From the NCBI GenBank assembly GCA_003971905.1, contig RSEE01000009.1:1112915-1132914 (forward strand): a stretch of 20,000 nucleotides of DNA, written 5' to 3'. Below, piece by piece: positions 10,965 through 20,000 of this stretch. The translations under genes were made by a program, and so were the position numbers. This DNA is from Moniliella sp. 'wahieum'. Taxonomy: Eukaryota. Within the stretch, counting starts at the first letter, position 1. The number at the start of each line of letters is the position of its first letter. Below the pieces are notes generated by a model that was not told the origin of the DNA, did not search any database, and worked only from the letters and a program-made list of their open reading frames with translations.

Positions 10965-11972
10965 ATGTCTGCCGCCGTGGAAGAAATTACGCCGCTTCAG
11001 GGCTACGTCGGCTTCGACTCCATCACCCGTCAAATCGAAAGCAGCTGCTCAAGCGCGGCTTCCAGTTCAACGTCATGGTTGTCGGCCAGACAGGGCTGGG
11101 CAAGAGCACGCTCATCAACACCCTCTTTGCCAGCCACCTGATCGACACCAAGGGTCGCTTTCACGCCGACGTTCTCCCCCGCTCCACCACCGAGATCCAT
11201 CCGGTGAGCCATGTGATCGTGGAGAATGGCGTCAAGCTCCGCCTCAACATTGTCGACACGCCCGGATACGGAGACCAGATTAACAACGAGGGCAGCTGGG
11301 ACCCCATCGTCAAGTACATCAAAGACCAGCACAGTGCTTACCTCCGCAAAGAGCTCACCGCCCTCCGCGACCGGTACATTACCGACACCCGCATCCACTG
11401 CTGTCTCTTCTTTGTTACCCCACCGGCCACAGCCTCCGCCCGATCGACATTACGGTCATGAAAAAGCTGTCCGAAGTGGTGAATGTGGTGCCAGTGATCG
11501 CCAAGTCCGATGGGCTCACTCTCGAGAACGCGACTTGTTCAAACAGCGCATCCGTGCCGAGTTGGCTTCAACGAAATCCGCTCTACCCCTTTGACGATGC
11601 CAACTTGGACGAGGAGGAACGCGAGCTGCCGAGCGCATTCGCGACTTGATCCCGCTTGCTGTGGTAGGCTCCGAGAAAAGCGTAGTGATCGATGGGAAAA
11701 CGGTCATTGGTCGCAAATCCCGCTATGGCGTTGTCCAAGTGGAAAATGAAAACCATTGCGAGTTTGTCTACCTGCGCAACTTTCTCACTCGCACCCATCT
11801 CCAAGACCTGATCGAGACTACGGCTCACATCCACTACGAGTCGTTCCGCTCCAAACAACTTCTCGCTCTCAAAGAGTCGAGCGCTAAAGCCCAGCGAACC
11901 ACAGTAACTTGCCCTAGTAGCGTTTCTCTCTTGTTGGAATCGACAGGTATCTTGATGGCATTCCTTCTGTAA
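10965..11972 (+). CDS. CDC10: Septin, Cdc10/AspD group (apparent frameshifts; exact 3' end uncertain, possible terminal intron from ~11904)
   Basis: MSAAVEEITPLQGYVGFDSITRQIE..LLKRGFQFNVMVVGQTGLGKSTLINTLFASHL, IVDTPGYGDQINNE, NVVPVIAKSD and ENHCEFVYLRNFLTRTHLQDLIETTAHIHYESFR. No C-terminal coiled coil, typical of Cdc10. Confidence 0.95.
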
Positions 11973-12363
11973 CCCCCCTCCAAACCATTATATGCTCTTC
12001 GTGTTTTTTTTTCCCTTTCTTTTCTCCGCCTTTCCTTTCAGCAAAACGACTTTCCCACAGAGAACCAGTTCTATGCCTCTTCTCTCGTGAATTACAAGGG
12101 GCTGAACCTCAAGCTTCTCACCTGTCACAGTTGCGGGCGGTTCCCTTACACCCCGTAGAACTCCTTAATTGCTCAGCCCCCCCGCCTATTCTGGTAAGCA
12201 CGATGGCACCCATATGACGGTGTTCCATCTGCGGCAACCAGCGTACTGTATGCATTCGTCCCCTGCGTTTCCGTCTAGAGCAATTGTATAGAAGAGGTAC
12301 ACATGCCTTGGAACTACCAACATTTCCATACGGGTGGAAGAGACGTTCAACTGGTTCATATGA

Positions 12364-13453
12364 TTAAGGAAAGTCTTGGGGAGGGGGTTCAACCACGCAA
12401 GCCAAAGCCGACGCAGCAAGTTGACGACGCACATCGTGCTTGTCTACATCGTGCGTATCCTCCACCTCGCCCATCGATGGATTTGGGCATTAACTTCGAC
12501 ATGCGAAGCCTGCGCCGCTTGCTCCCCATCAATCACACCTTTTACCAACGCCAATCCAAACAAGGTACGACTTGCTCGTCATCACGGCCCGCTCAAATGC
12601 AGCAAACGCCAGCGGGTCCACTCCGGCCACGCCTTCAGGCGCTGCACCAGCAGCTGTAAGTGTCGGCTTGGTCGATGTAGCGTCAATCGCTGCCGCACGC
12701 GAACTTGGTGCGTCTCATCAGACTGCGGAGCTGCAATTACAACCCCTTCGTGCTCCGCGATCGCACTTGAACGTCTCTCGCGCCAGCAAGAAATCGGCGA
12801 CCACCACTGTTGCTGAACTCAACTTGAACCGGAGGCGCGTCCGCGGGGAAACAAATCGTATCCGTGTCAAGGTAAGGCTGAAGCTCCTCCAATGCAGCCT
12901 CACGCTGAGCAGGCGTACGCAGACCCTCAATCGCGCGTGAAGCCAAGGACGTCTGGTAGTTGAAGAACTTAATGTCAGTCATGTCCAAACGCATGAGGGG
13001 GAAAAGGACAGAGACATACAATCGGAAGTGAATGCGGCCTCAAAACCGTCTCGAGCTGGTCCCACTCCCGGGCAAGGAGCGATGCAAGTAGCGGTCGGTC
13101 GAGCGGGATGTGCAATAGCTTTCGCTCGGGGTACGCAATGGGCGTCCATCAAGGTGGATTTCCCAGTGCTCAGGAATAGCTGTGCCGTCCTTATCAACCG
13201 TAGGCCCGCCCGGACGAGATTGGCGGTTTTCCGAACCTGCGCGCAGCTTGGTTTTGGTTCGTGACCGGTTTGGCCGCGGTGGTGGCCGGCTGGGTCGCCG
13301 CCTCGTGGCAATGCGCCCAGCTACAACGCTCGCGTGGAAAGCACGCTGCGCATACGACAGCCGCGCAGCTCCAACGCTCAGAGCTGGCCTCCACGTATCA
13401 ACATGCCGCGACGAGCACGCGCGAAACGACGTCAAGCCAGTGCGGGCGAGCAT
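12364..13453 (-). CDS. ATP12: Mitochondrial F1-ATPase assembly chaperone Atp12 (apparent frameshifts)
   Basis: Presequence MLARTGLTSFRACSS. Motifs WEIHLDGRPLRTPS, TSLASRAI, YLDTDTICFPADAP and the C-terminal signature QIHRWGEVEDTHDVDKHDVRRQLAAS. TAA at 12364-12366. Confidence 0.93.
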
Positions 13454-13660
13454 GGCTGTCGACAGAGGCGGACAGACGAGCGGAGGAAGGAAGAAGGTTG
13501 GGCCTGCGTCCCAGCCGCGCCTGGGGCGGAGGAGCGAGCGACCTAATTCCGCTCTCCCCCCCACACTTGGATTTGGTTCCGCCCCAGCCTCCCACTGGCC
13601 ATCGATCGATCGCGAGCGCGTCCCGTGCGGATTGTCCGGATAAGTACTCCCACCGCGGCC

Positions 13661-14377
13661 ATGTCCGCTCCTCAGATCGTCCAAGCCGGCCTGCCCGCCC
13701 CAACCGAGGAGCAGATCGCCTTGTCCGATGCGTCCTTCCAAACCGTCGACCTGTCCTTTGACCCAACCGGCAAGCTCGTCTCGCCCACCCACAACCTCGA
13801 CCTGCTCAACCGGATCGCCAACGCCCTTGGCTCTCTGCCCCCACCGTCCCCTTCCCACCGCCTCCCAACGTCGTCCCACCCCAACGCGCCATCGCCGTAA
13901 CCTCCCTGAAAGAAAAAGGTAATGCCGCCATGAAGGCAGACGACCTCCCTGAAGCAGTCAAGTTCTACACTCTCGCTGTTGACTTGAGTGCCACCCGGCC
14001 GCTGTGGGAACCAGCTGCCCTGGCTAGCGAGGAACTGGCCACATGCCTCTCCAACCGCTCCGCAGCCCTCTTTGCCGCTGGAGACTTTATTGCCGCTCTG
14101 GCCGACGCGGAAGCAGCGGTGCAGTTGCGTCGCCCATGGCCGAAGGCCCATTACCGCAAAGGCAAGGCTTTGGCTGGCCTCGGACGGTTCCGCGAAGCAA
14201 GAGAGGCGTACCAAGCTGGTCAACAGTTTGATCCGGAAAACCCAGTGTGTATACAATTTTTTTTCTTCTTTTCCCCTATCCCCCCCCCCCCCCCCCGGCT
14301 TGCATTAAGTACTAACGTGCTCCCACGCAGGATTTCATCACTGCTTTAAAAAGCTTCCCCGTAACGAGCGGCCATGA
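13661..14377 (+). CDS. SEC72: Sec63-complex TPR subunit Sec72 (intron at 14245-14330; 3' end approximate)
   Basis: KEKGNAAMKADDLPEAVKFYTLAVDLSATRPLWEPAALASEELATCLSNRSAA...RRPWPKAHYRKGKAL: TPR repeats with the RPxWEP motif typical of fungal Sec72. The intron is GTGTGT..TACTAAC..CGCAG and contains a poly-C tract. Confidence 0.82.
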
Positions 14378-14740
14378 GGTCCAGAGGCGATCCATGGTTC
14401 GCCTACCTAACTGCATACCGTCCTTCGGCCCAAACAAGCATCTCTTTCTGGGCCGCACCGCTCATGGTGATAGATAGGTAGCGGTCGAAGGTGTGATAGA
14501 TGGCAGAGAAAGAGGCGCTGCTGGCCATTGTGCTTTAAACTTGTCCTGGTCGGTGCGGTGCTCCGCCACGCGGGGACAAGTTGTGTTTGAAAGTTGCATC
14601 GGGGCGGTGGTGGGGCACGCAAGCGAACGCAAGCATAGCACAGGACAACCCACCGCACCTGCGTCGTCTCCGATCCGACGCGCACAGTCCCCACCACCAC
14701 CACCTAGCCTTGCCCGCATCGTGTTCGTGTACTGACGCCC

Positions 14741-15776
14741 ATGCCGAGCCAGCAGGTCCGCGCGCAGCACACTCACTCCCCACCAGCGCCAGCGCACTTG
14801 TCGGCGTCACATACCACCCTCCCCGACACAGAGGCCTATCTTACCCTCCTGCTCGCCGACTCGGGCTTGCCCACAGGTGCGCCCCCCTTGGTTTCCTTCA
14901 GTGCCGACCTGTTCCTGGTCCTGTTCCTGGTCCTGGTCCTGGTCCTGTTCCCGCTGACCTTTGACCGCTGACCTTTGACTGCCCCCCTTTTCCCAGGCGG
15001 ATTCGTCGCATCAGCCGGGCTGGAGGCGTGGGCGTGCCATGGTCTGCTCGATGCCTCCATTGGCCATCCCCTGACTGGGTTCGTACTGGAGAACGTAAGG
15101 ACCTATGGGGTGCTAGCTGAGCCTTTTGTTGCCCATGCATGGGACCTGTGCCACGCAGCGCGGCTGGACACTGTGCCATCCCAGGTTCGCCGGATTGCCA
15201 TGCTAGATGAAGACATTCATGCTGCACCTTGGGCCCCGCCGCGCGCCGCGCCTCTAGCCCAGGGCGGCGCACTGCTCACCTTGTATGCCAAGTCGTTCCG
15301 ACCCGCTACGCCCAATGTAGTCCAGCATCTTTGGTCATGCATCAAATTAAGACCATGGTCCGTATCGGTTCGACTCCAGGCCACTTTCCTACTATGTGGG
15401 GCGCATTCTGCGCCGCCATTGGCCTCTCCCGATCACGCGCTATCGAGCTCCACATTTTCCTCCATGCTCGCGCGATCGTCTCGTCGGCCGTGCGCTTGGG
15501 CACGGATCAGTAGGTCCCTATGCCGCTCAGAACCTCCTCGTCGGCGATGTCCGATACATCCTCGCTGCTCATACTCAAACTTTGCATCCGCCCAAACCTG
15601 CACCTTCCATCCCTCCCCCCCATCGGCCGCTACAGATCCCGAGTGGGACTGGGACTGGCCCGACGACGACGACGCGTCCTTGGGGGGGAAAGAAGGCTAC
15701 CTCACCACCACTTGGCCCCTCCTCGAACTCGTTCAGGGAAGACAATGTACTACACACACGCTTGTTTAACAGCTGA
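14741..15776 (+). CDS. ureF: Urease accessory protein UreF (intron at 14877-14996; apparent frameshifts)
   Basis: LLLADSGLPTG|GFVASAGLE joined across the intron, then ASLAQGGALLTLYAKSF, GHFPTMWG, IFLHARAIVSSAVRLG, GPYAAQ, TTWPLLELVQGR and the terminal HTRLFNS*. These are eukaryotic UreF hallmarks. Confidence 0.93.
14908..14979 (+). repeat. Intronic hexamer array (CCTGTT/CCTGGT x7) followed by a duplicated 14-mer (CCGCTGACCTTTGA x2) containing the branch point
   Basis: Directly visible within the UreF intron. Confidence 0.9.
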
Positions 15777-15841
15777 AAATGCATGGCCAGTACGATACAT
15801 TGTTTTTTGAGTGAGAAAAAAAAGTGTGGGCATTGGTGTCA

Positions 15842-16560
15842 TTATTCCTCTTCGCTCTCAATCACGACCCGACGATGATGCTGCGAGCGGGGCTCCTCAG
15901 TACCGTCCACGTCCATCGTGTCCTCATTGTCCTTCGAGGCGAAGGGAGTGACGTGAGCGCGGGCCCTTGGAGCGCCGGCCAGAAGTCACTTTATCCTCAC
16001 CATCTTGCTCCTCTTCCGAAGCTGCCGATTTCTCAGCCTCCTCCTCTCGCTGCTCCCCACATGCCGCTCCTCTTCCTCCTCCTCTTCCTCTTCCTTCTCC
16101 TCTTCCCCTTCTTCGTCCGTAACAACAAAGCCATCTTGTCATAGTCTTCCTCCTCAGCACGCCCCCTGCGAGTAGCGTGGTGAGAGGCATCAGGTGAAGA
16201 ACGACTGACGCCCGCACGATGGTAGCCATCATGAGCAGCTGCCAGGACCAAAGTACCAGCGCCTAGCCGACGTGACGGAGCACCAAGGTCATCGATCATC
16301 GTCGTACCGCTCTTCGGCCTTTTTACCCTCTCTCTGTTTCTTGCGCTCAGTCCCCTTCAAACGAAGGCCCTCCAGCACTGCCGACTCCGGATCACGTTCT
16401 AACCCGTCCACGTGGTGACCTGAGCCCCACGCCCAGCGCGGCCTCGGTCGTGGTCACCTTGGATACACGATGGTGCTTGATAGCGGCAGCGAGTCGACGG
16501 TGCGTCTGGCTGTTAGGACCCAGACGCGCTCGCAGGCTCCGCCGAGGCTGGATCCGGCAT
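15842..16560 (-). CDS. LEO1: LEO1-like (Paf1 complex) protein, apparently only the C-terminal half; could be a pseudogene fragment or misassembly
   Basis: Across frameshifts it reads MPDPASAEPASAS../NSQTHRRLAAAIKHHRVSKVTTT..ERDPE..RKKQRE../EEEDYD.DGFVVTDEEGEEE..RRVVIESEEE*. The SxTHRRL, DPE, DGFVV and RRVV-acidic tail match my recollection of fungal Leo1 C-termini. The core SNARIxRWSDGS region is not seen. Confidence 0.6.
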
Positions 16561-16810
16561 GCGTCGGCCGGCGGTGGTGTTGGCGGCTGGCCGGACGACC
16601 ACCCCCACACTACTGGGATGGAGTTGAACTTCAACTTCAACGTTGAACCTGTCGCGAGAGATTACCCTCACGGGCGCAGGCGGAATTGTTCCTATTTCCG
16701 CCCCACGTCGCCCCCAAGAGCGTGTGCCAGTCGCCATTCGCATTAACCCAGGCGCGATGGGCGCCGGCTGCTTCGACCTGACACGTCCCCCGACGGCCAT
16801 CCCGGACCCC

Positions 16811-16843
16811 ACCACCACCACCACCACCACCACCACCACCACC
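16811..16843. repeat. (ACC)x11 microsatellite in the presumed ARP9 5' UTR
   Basis: Counted directly; it lies about 23 nt upstream of the ATG at 16867. Confidence 0.95.
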
Positions 16844-16866
16844 ACTGCCTCCAGCCCAGCTCCGTC

Positions 16867-18640
16867 ATGGCCCGCGAAGCGTACGCCCTCGTGCTTGTCC
16901 AGGCCACCGCACCCTTCGTGCGGGGTATGCGATCCAGGAATCATTCGCCCTTCCAAGCATCACGCTCGACGCGCGCGTTGGCGTCCCAAGCACCGCGTCC
17001 AGGGCACGATTACTTGGTTGGCGACGCCCTTGTGGCAGCGGAGAACGACGCCGCCATCACTGACCTGACTATTGTTCGGCCAATCCACACAACCACGTCG
17101 TCGATTGGGGTGCTCTGCTGGCACTCTGGCATTCCGCTGCCGTCGCCGCCGCGGGCGGGGAGGCAACTGAGTCGCCGCTCTACGGTCGTCTGGTCCTTGC
17201 CTTGCCCTCGCTCTCGCGCTCGTCCATTTCAACCGCAACTCAACTTGTATTTGAGCATCTTGGCGCAGCCGGCGTCTCGTCGTGGAAACCGCCCACCTGT
17301 CCGCGTATGGATATGGCGCTGCGTCGGTACAGTCGTAGATATCCGATCCGAATTCACCCTCGTCCAACCCGTATCGGACGCCACGCCTCTCGCTGGAACT
17401 GCATCCGCCTGCCCTGTTGGCGCGCGTCAGTGCCACCTCTACCTTGCCCATCTCATGTTGCAGGAAGGCGGTACAACCCTCTCGGCTGTCAAGAGGGTCG
17501 CCCAGCGCGCGCTCGCAAACAAGGCGTGACCTTATCCGACGAAGCGGTCCAAGCGCAAACACAAGAACTTTTGATTGAGTTGTCTGAGAACTTGGCTTCC
17601 AGGTGCATTGGGTGGAATCGATGATCCCGAAGGTGCTGATGCAGCTACGCATGGCGCAGCGGCCAAGAAGGCGGCAGCAGAGAAGGGCGAAATGGACGTG
17701 GCCGCGATCCTGATCCAGGAAAAGAACGCGAGTGGATCAATGGCGCAATGGGGGTGACAAGGACGATGCAGACCACCAAGATGATGACGACGAAGAAGGT
17801 TCACTTCAACTACTGTCATCCTGCGTGGCGTACAAGTCCCAGTGGATCAATTCGGTTCCGATGGGCTGAAACCGTTGTTGAACCCGTCCGTTTTGCACGC
17901 CGTCCCATCCTTGACGCAACACCTTCCGCAACTCAGCACTCACCAGCCGCTTCCGGTCGAGGGAATTTCTTCTCCGTCTACCCCCAAGCGGCACTGGCCT
18001 GCCGAAAAACACTTCGCCGTTGCTGGTGCCTCTTATTGGGAACCTACACCGGCAGCAGATGGCAAGGTCGATTGGAGCACCGCACCATCGCTCCCGGATA
18101 CCCTCTTGCAAGCGGTGGACCAAGTTGGAGAACCGGATCGCGAGCGACGTCCACAGCTGATTGACACGATCATCTTCGCTGGTGCAACTCAAGGTACGCG
18201 CGGCTTGTCTGCGCTTCTTCTCCAGTCCCTCCGCTCTCGCGTTCTGGGCGACGATGAACCTCCACCCGATGGCCCAGTCGCGGTCCAAGGGCGGTGCAAA
18301 GCCTCGTCGCGTCCCTCGCCCTGCCACGCAACCCATGATGCAAGAGGAACCCAATCCGCTCCAGCCTCACACGGTCCGTGCGGCCAAGTTCCCCGAATAT
18401 TTCATCACCTACAAAGACCACCCCAATCAAGTCGACTTTTTGGGCGCTTGCATCTACGGAAAGGTATGTCATAATGTCTTGTCGAGCCCTTGAGCCTGTC
18501 CCTCGTCGGGCGGAACTGATGAAACTGACTCCTCACTCTGTCAGCTTGTCTTTGGGGAACCAGGTGGCAAATTATACGTCACGCGCACAGCCTATAACGA
18601 ACGCGGCCCAGCCGCTGGCTTTATTGTCACCAATGCCTAA
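16867..18640 (+). CDS. ARP9: Actin-related protein Arp9 (SWI/SNF and RSC subunit) (intron at 18464-18544; apparent frameshifts)
   Basis: N-terminus AGYAIQESFALPSITLDARVG..DYLVGDAL, then ERRPQLIDTIIFAG. C-terminus LQPHTVRAAKFPEYFITYKD...FLGACIYGK|LVFGEPGGKLYVTRTAYNERGP resembles the basidiomycete Arp9 PEYF/LGxxIxAK/YxxxGP actin-fold ending. The intron is GTATGT..CTGAC..CAG. Confidence 0.82.
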
Positions 18641-18997
18641 CAAGAGCGCAATCTGCACCTGCACCAAGTGTATGACGCGATGATGTGGGTCAAATGTCTC
18701 TCAACCCTGTGCATCGTTCAGCAATCCGTTCCATGGTACAGTTCGGTCAGCTAGTACTAGGTTGCTCTAAGGTATATCTAGAAAATGCGTGTTTCTTCCC
18801 TAGCCCTTCCAGAAACAGCCTGTCCACTAGTCAGATCTCAGAGCCTAATCTATGCACGTCTTTTACGAGCGACGCCTGGAACTGATCACTTTCACTTTAT
18901 ACTGTAGAGAGTGATACGCGATCAAATGGTGAAGCTTCAGAAGGGGCAAGTAGACGATACGTGCAAGCGCGTCTCGGCGAATGCGAGTCTCTGCAGA

Positions 18998-19023
18998 GTT
19001 GAACGTTGAACGTTGAACGTTGA
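18998..19023. repeat. Heptamer tandem repeat (GTTGAAC)x3.7
   Basis: gttgaacgttgaacgttgaacgttga seen directly. Confidence 0.9.
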
Positions 19024-19860
19024 GGCGACGAAGATCGGCGGAGTGGCAGAGCACAAATGCATGGCCACAATCGTCGGGCTACTGGCCAACCAGCGTTTGT
19101 GCGACAACCACATTCAAGTTTTGTGCGGTATGTGCAATGGACGTCTTGATCGTTTCCACATGTAAACCTACTGCACGGCAACGGACATGGAAGGACACCG
19201 TATTCGGGAGCCTCTGATTGATCATCGCATCATGAATGAGATGCCATGCTGGCACGTACTGGCACCGAGAGCACTGTGGGGCAGTGCACTCACTAGTAGA
19301 GGAGTGGACTGTATTATATGCTGTGACCGCGCTGACCGGTCGCATACTCTATCGGAGCCACTGCTGGCCATCGTCTTCTTCTGCCTCGCTGGACAAGTAT
19401 TAGCGTCTTGTGCGTCGATGATTGCACTGCGCCTTTTTGCACAACCGGTAGGCCTTTTTGTCTTTTTGTGCCGTACATTGCTATCATTCGGCTCAAAATG
19501 CGCACAGCGACCAGTCCAAGGGGTTACATGTGGTTACACCTGGTTCCACTCTACTCCTCTATCTGTCACGGAGTAGGGGGATGGGTATTAGCATCGCTCG
19601 TTATCCGTCGCCGTACCCTCTACTGCTTCCCAATGCTAGTAGTATGTACGCTATGGGTTCCTTTGCCCTGAAGTCCCTCTCTCCTTATGACTTGCGTGCT
19701 GGTGAGCCTGAAACTTTTGGTTTGTCGTGCGCGTCATGCCGATCGGTGCTCGCCACGCTGCTCACTAGCGCCCTCTCTCTCTTCAGTCCTCTACTGACGG
19801 GTATAGTTTGTTTGGAAGTAACGATCGAGGGGGGTACTAGCATCGCTTTCCTACCATCAC

Positions 19861-20000
19861 CTTCTTCTTTTCTTCTTCTTCTTCCCTTCTCTTCTTCTTC
19901 TTCTTCTTCTTCTTCTTCTTCTTCTCTTCTTCTTTCTTCTTCTTCTTCTTCTCTTCTTCTTCTTCTTTCTTCTTCTTCTTCTTCTTCTTCTTCTTCTTCT
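19861..20000. repeat. Long imperfect (TTC/CTT)n polypyrimidine microsatellite running off the window end
   Basis: At least 140 nt consisting only of C and T, mostly CTT triplets with occasional 1-nt slips. Confidence 0.97.

Noticed and set aside
14741..15776. Urease gene cluster or horizontal transfer of ureF
   Set aside because: The gene is intron-containing, of eukaryotic type, and has no neighbouring urease, ureD or ureG. A stand-alone UreF is normal in fungi.
1202..18640. Mass pseudogenisation of the region
   Set aside because: The genes are conserved housekeeping genes with intact motifs and splice signals, and the indel pattern fits sequencing error.
18700..19860. Missing 5' half of LEO1, or another small gene, downstream of ARP9
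   Set aside because: No Leo1 core motifs in the minus-strand ORFs. Scattered splice-like signals occur on both strands, but I could not build a coherent gene model.

Overview
Gene-dense, GC-rich eukaryotic DNA from a basidiomycete fungus, probably Ustilaginomycotina (inferred from protein style and short GT..AG introns with CTRAC/TACTAAC branch points). It carries ten recognisable conserved genes: the 3' end of NOP58 (+), GLO3-type ArfGAP (-), mitochondrial D-lactate dehydrogenase DLD1 (-), a PriB-like Zn2Cys6 transcription factor (-), septin CDC10 (+), ATP12 (-), SEC72 (+), urease accessory UreF (+), a LEO1-like gene that seems to lack its core domain (-) and ARP9 (+). The window ends in a long TTC tract. 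Nearly every gene is broken by single-base frameshifts, most likely errors in an unpolished assembly. All gene calls rest on motif recognition, not database searches. I found no clearly novel system. The best leads are the truncated or split LEO1, a highly structured ~140-nt element between GLO3 and DLD1, pervasive 7-nt-period repeats and palindromes in non-coding DNA, and introns expanded by tandem repeats around their branch points.
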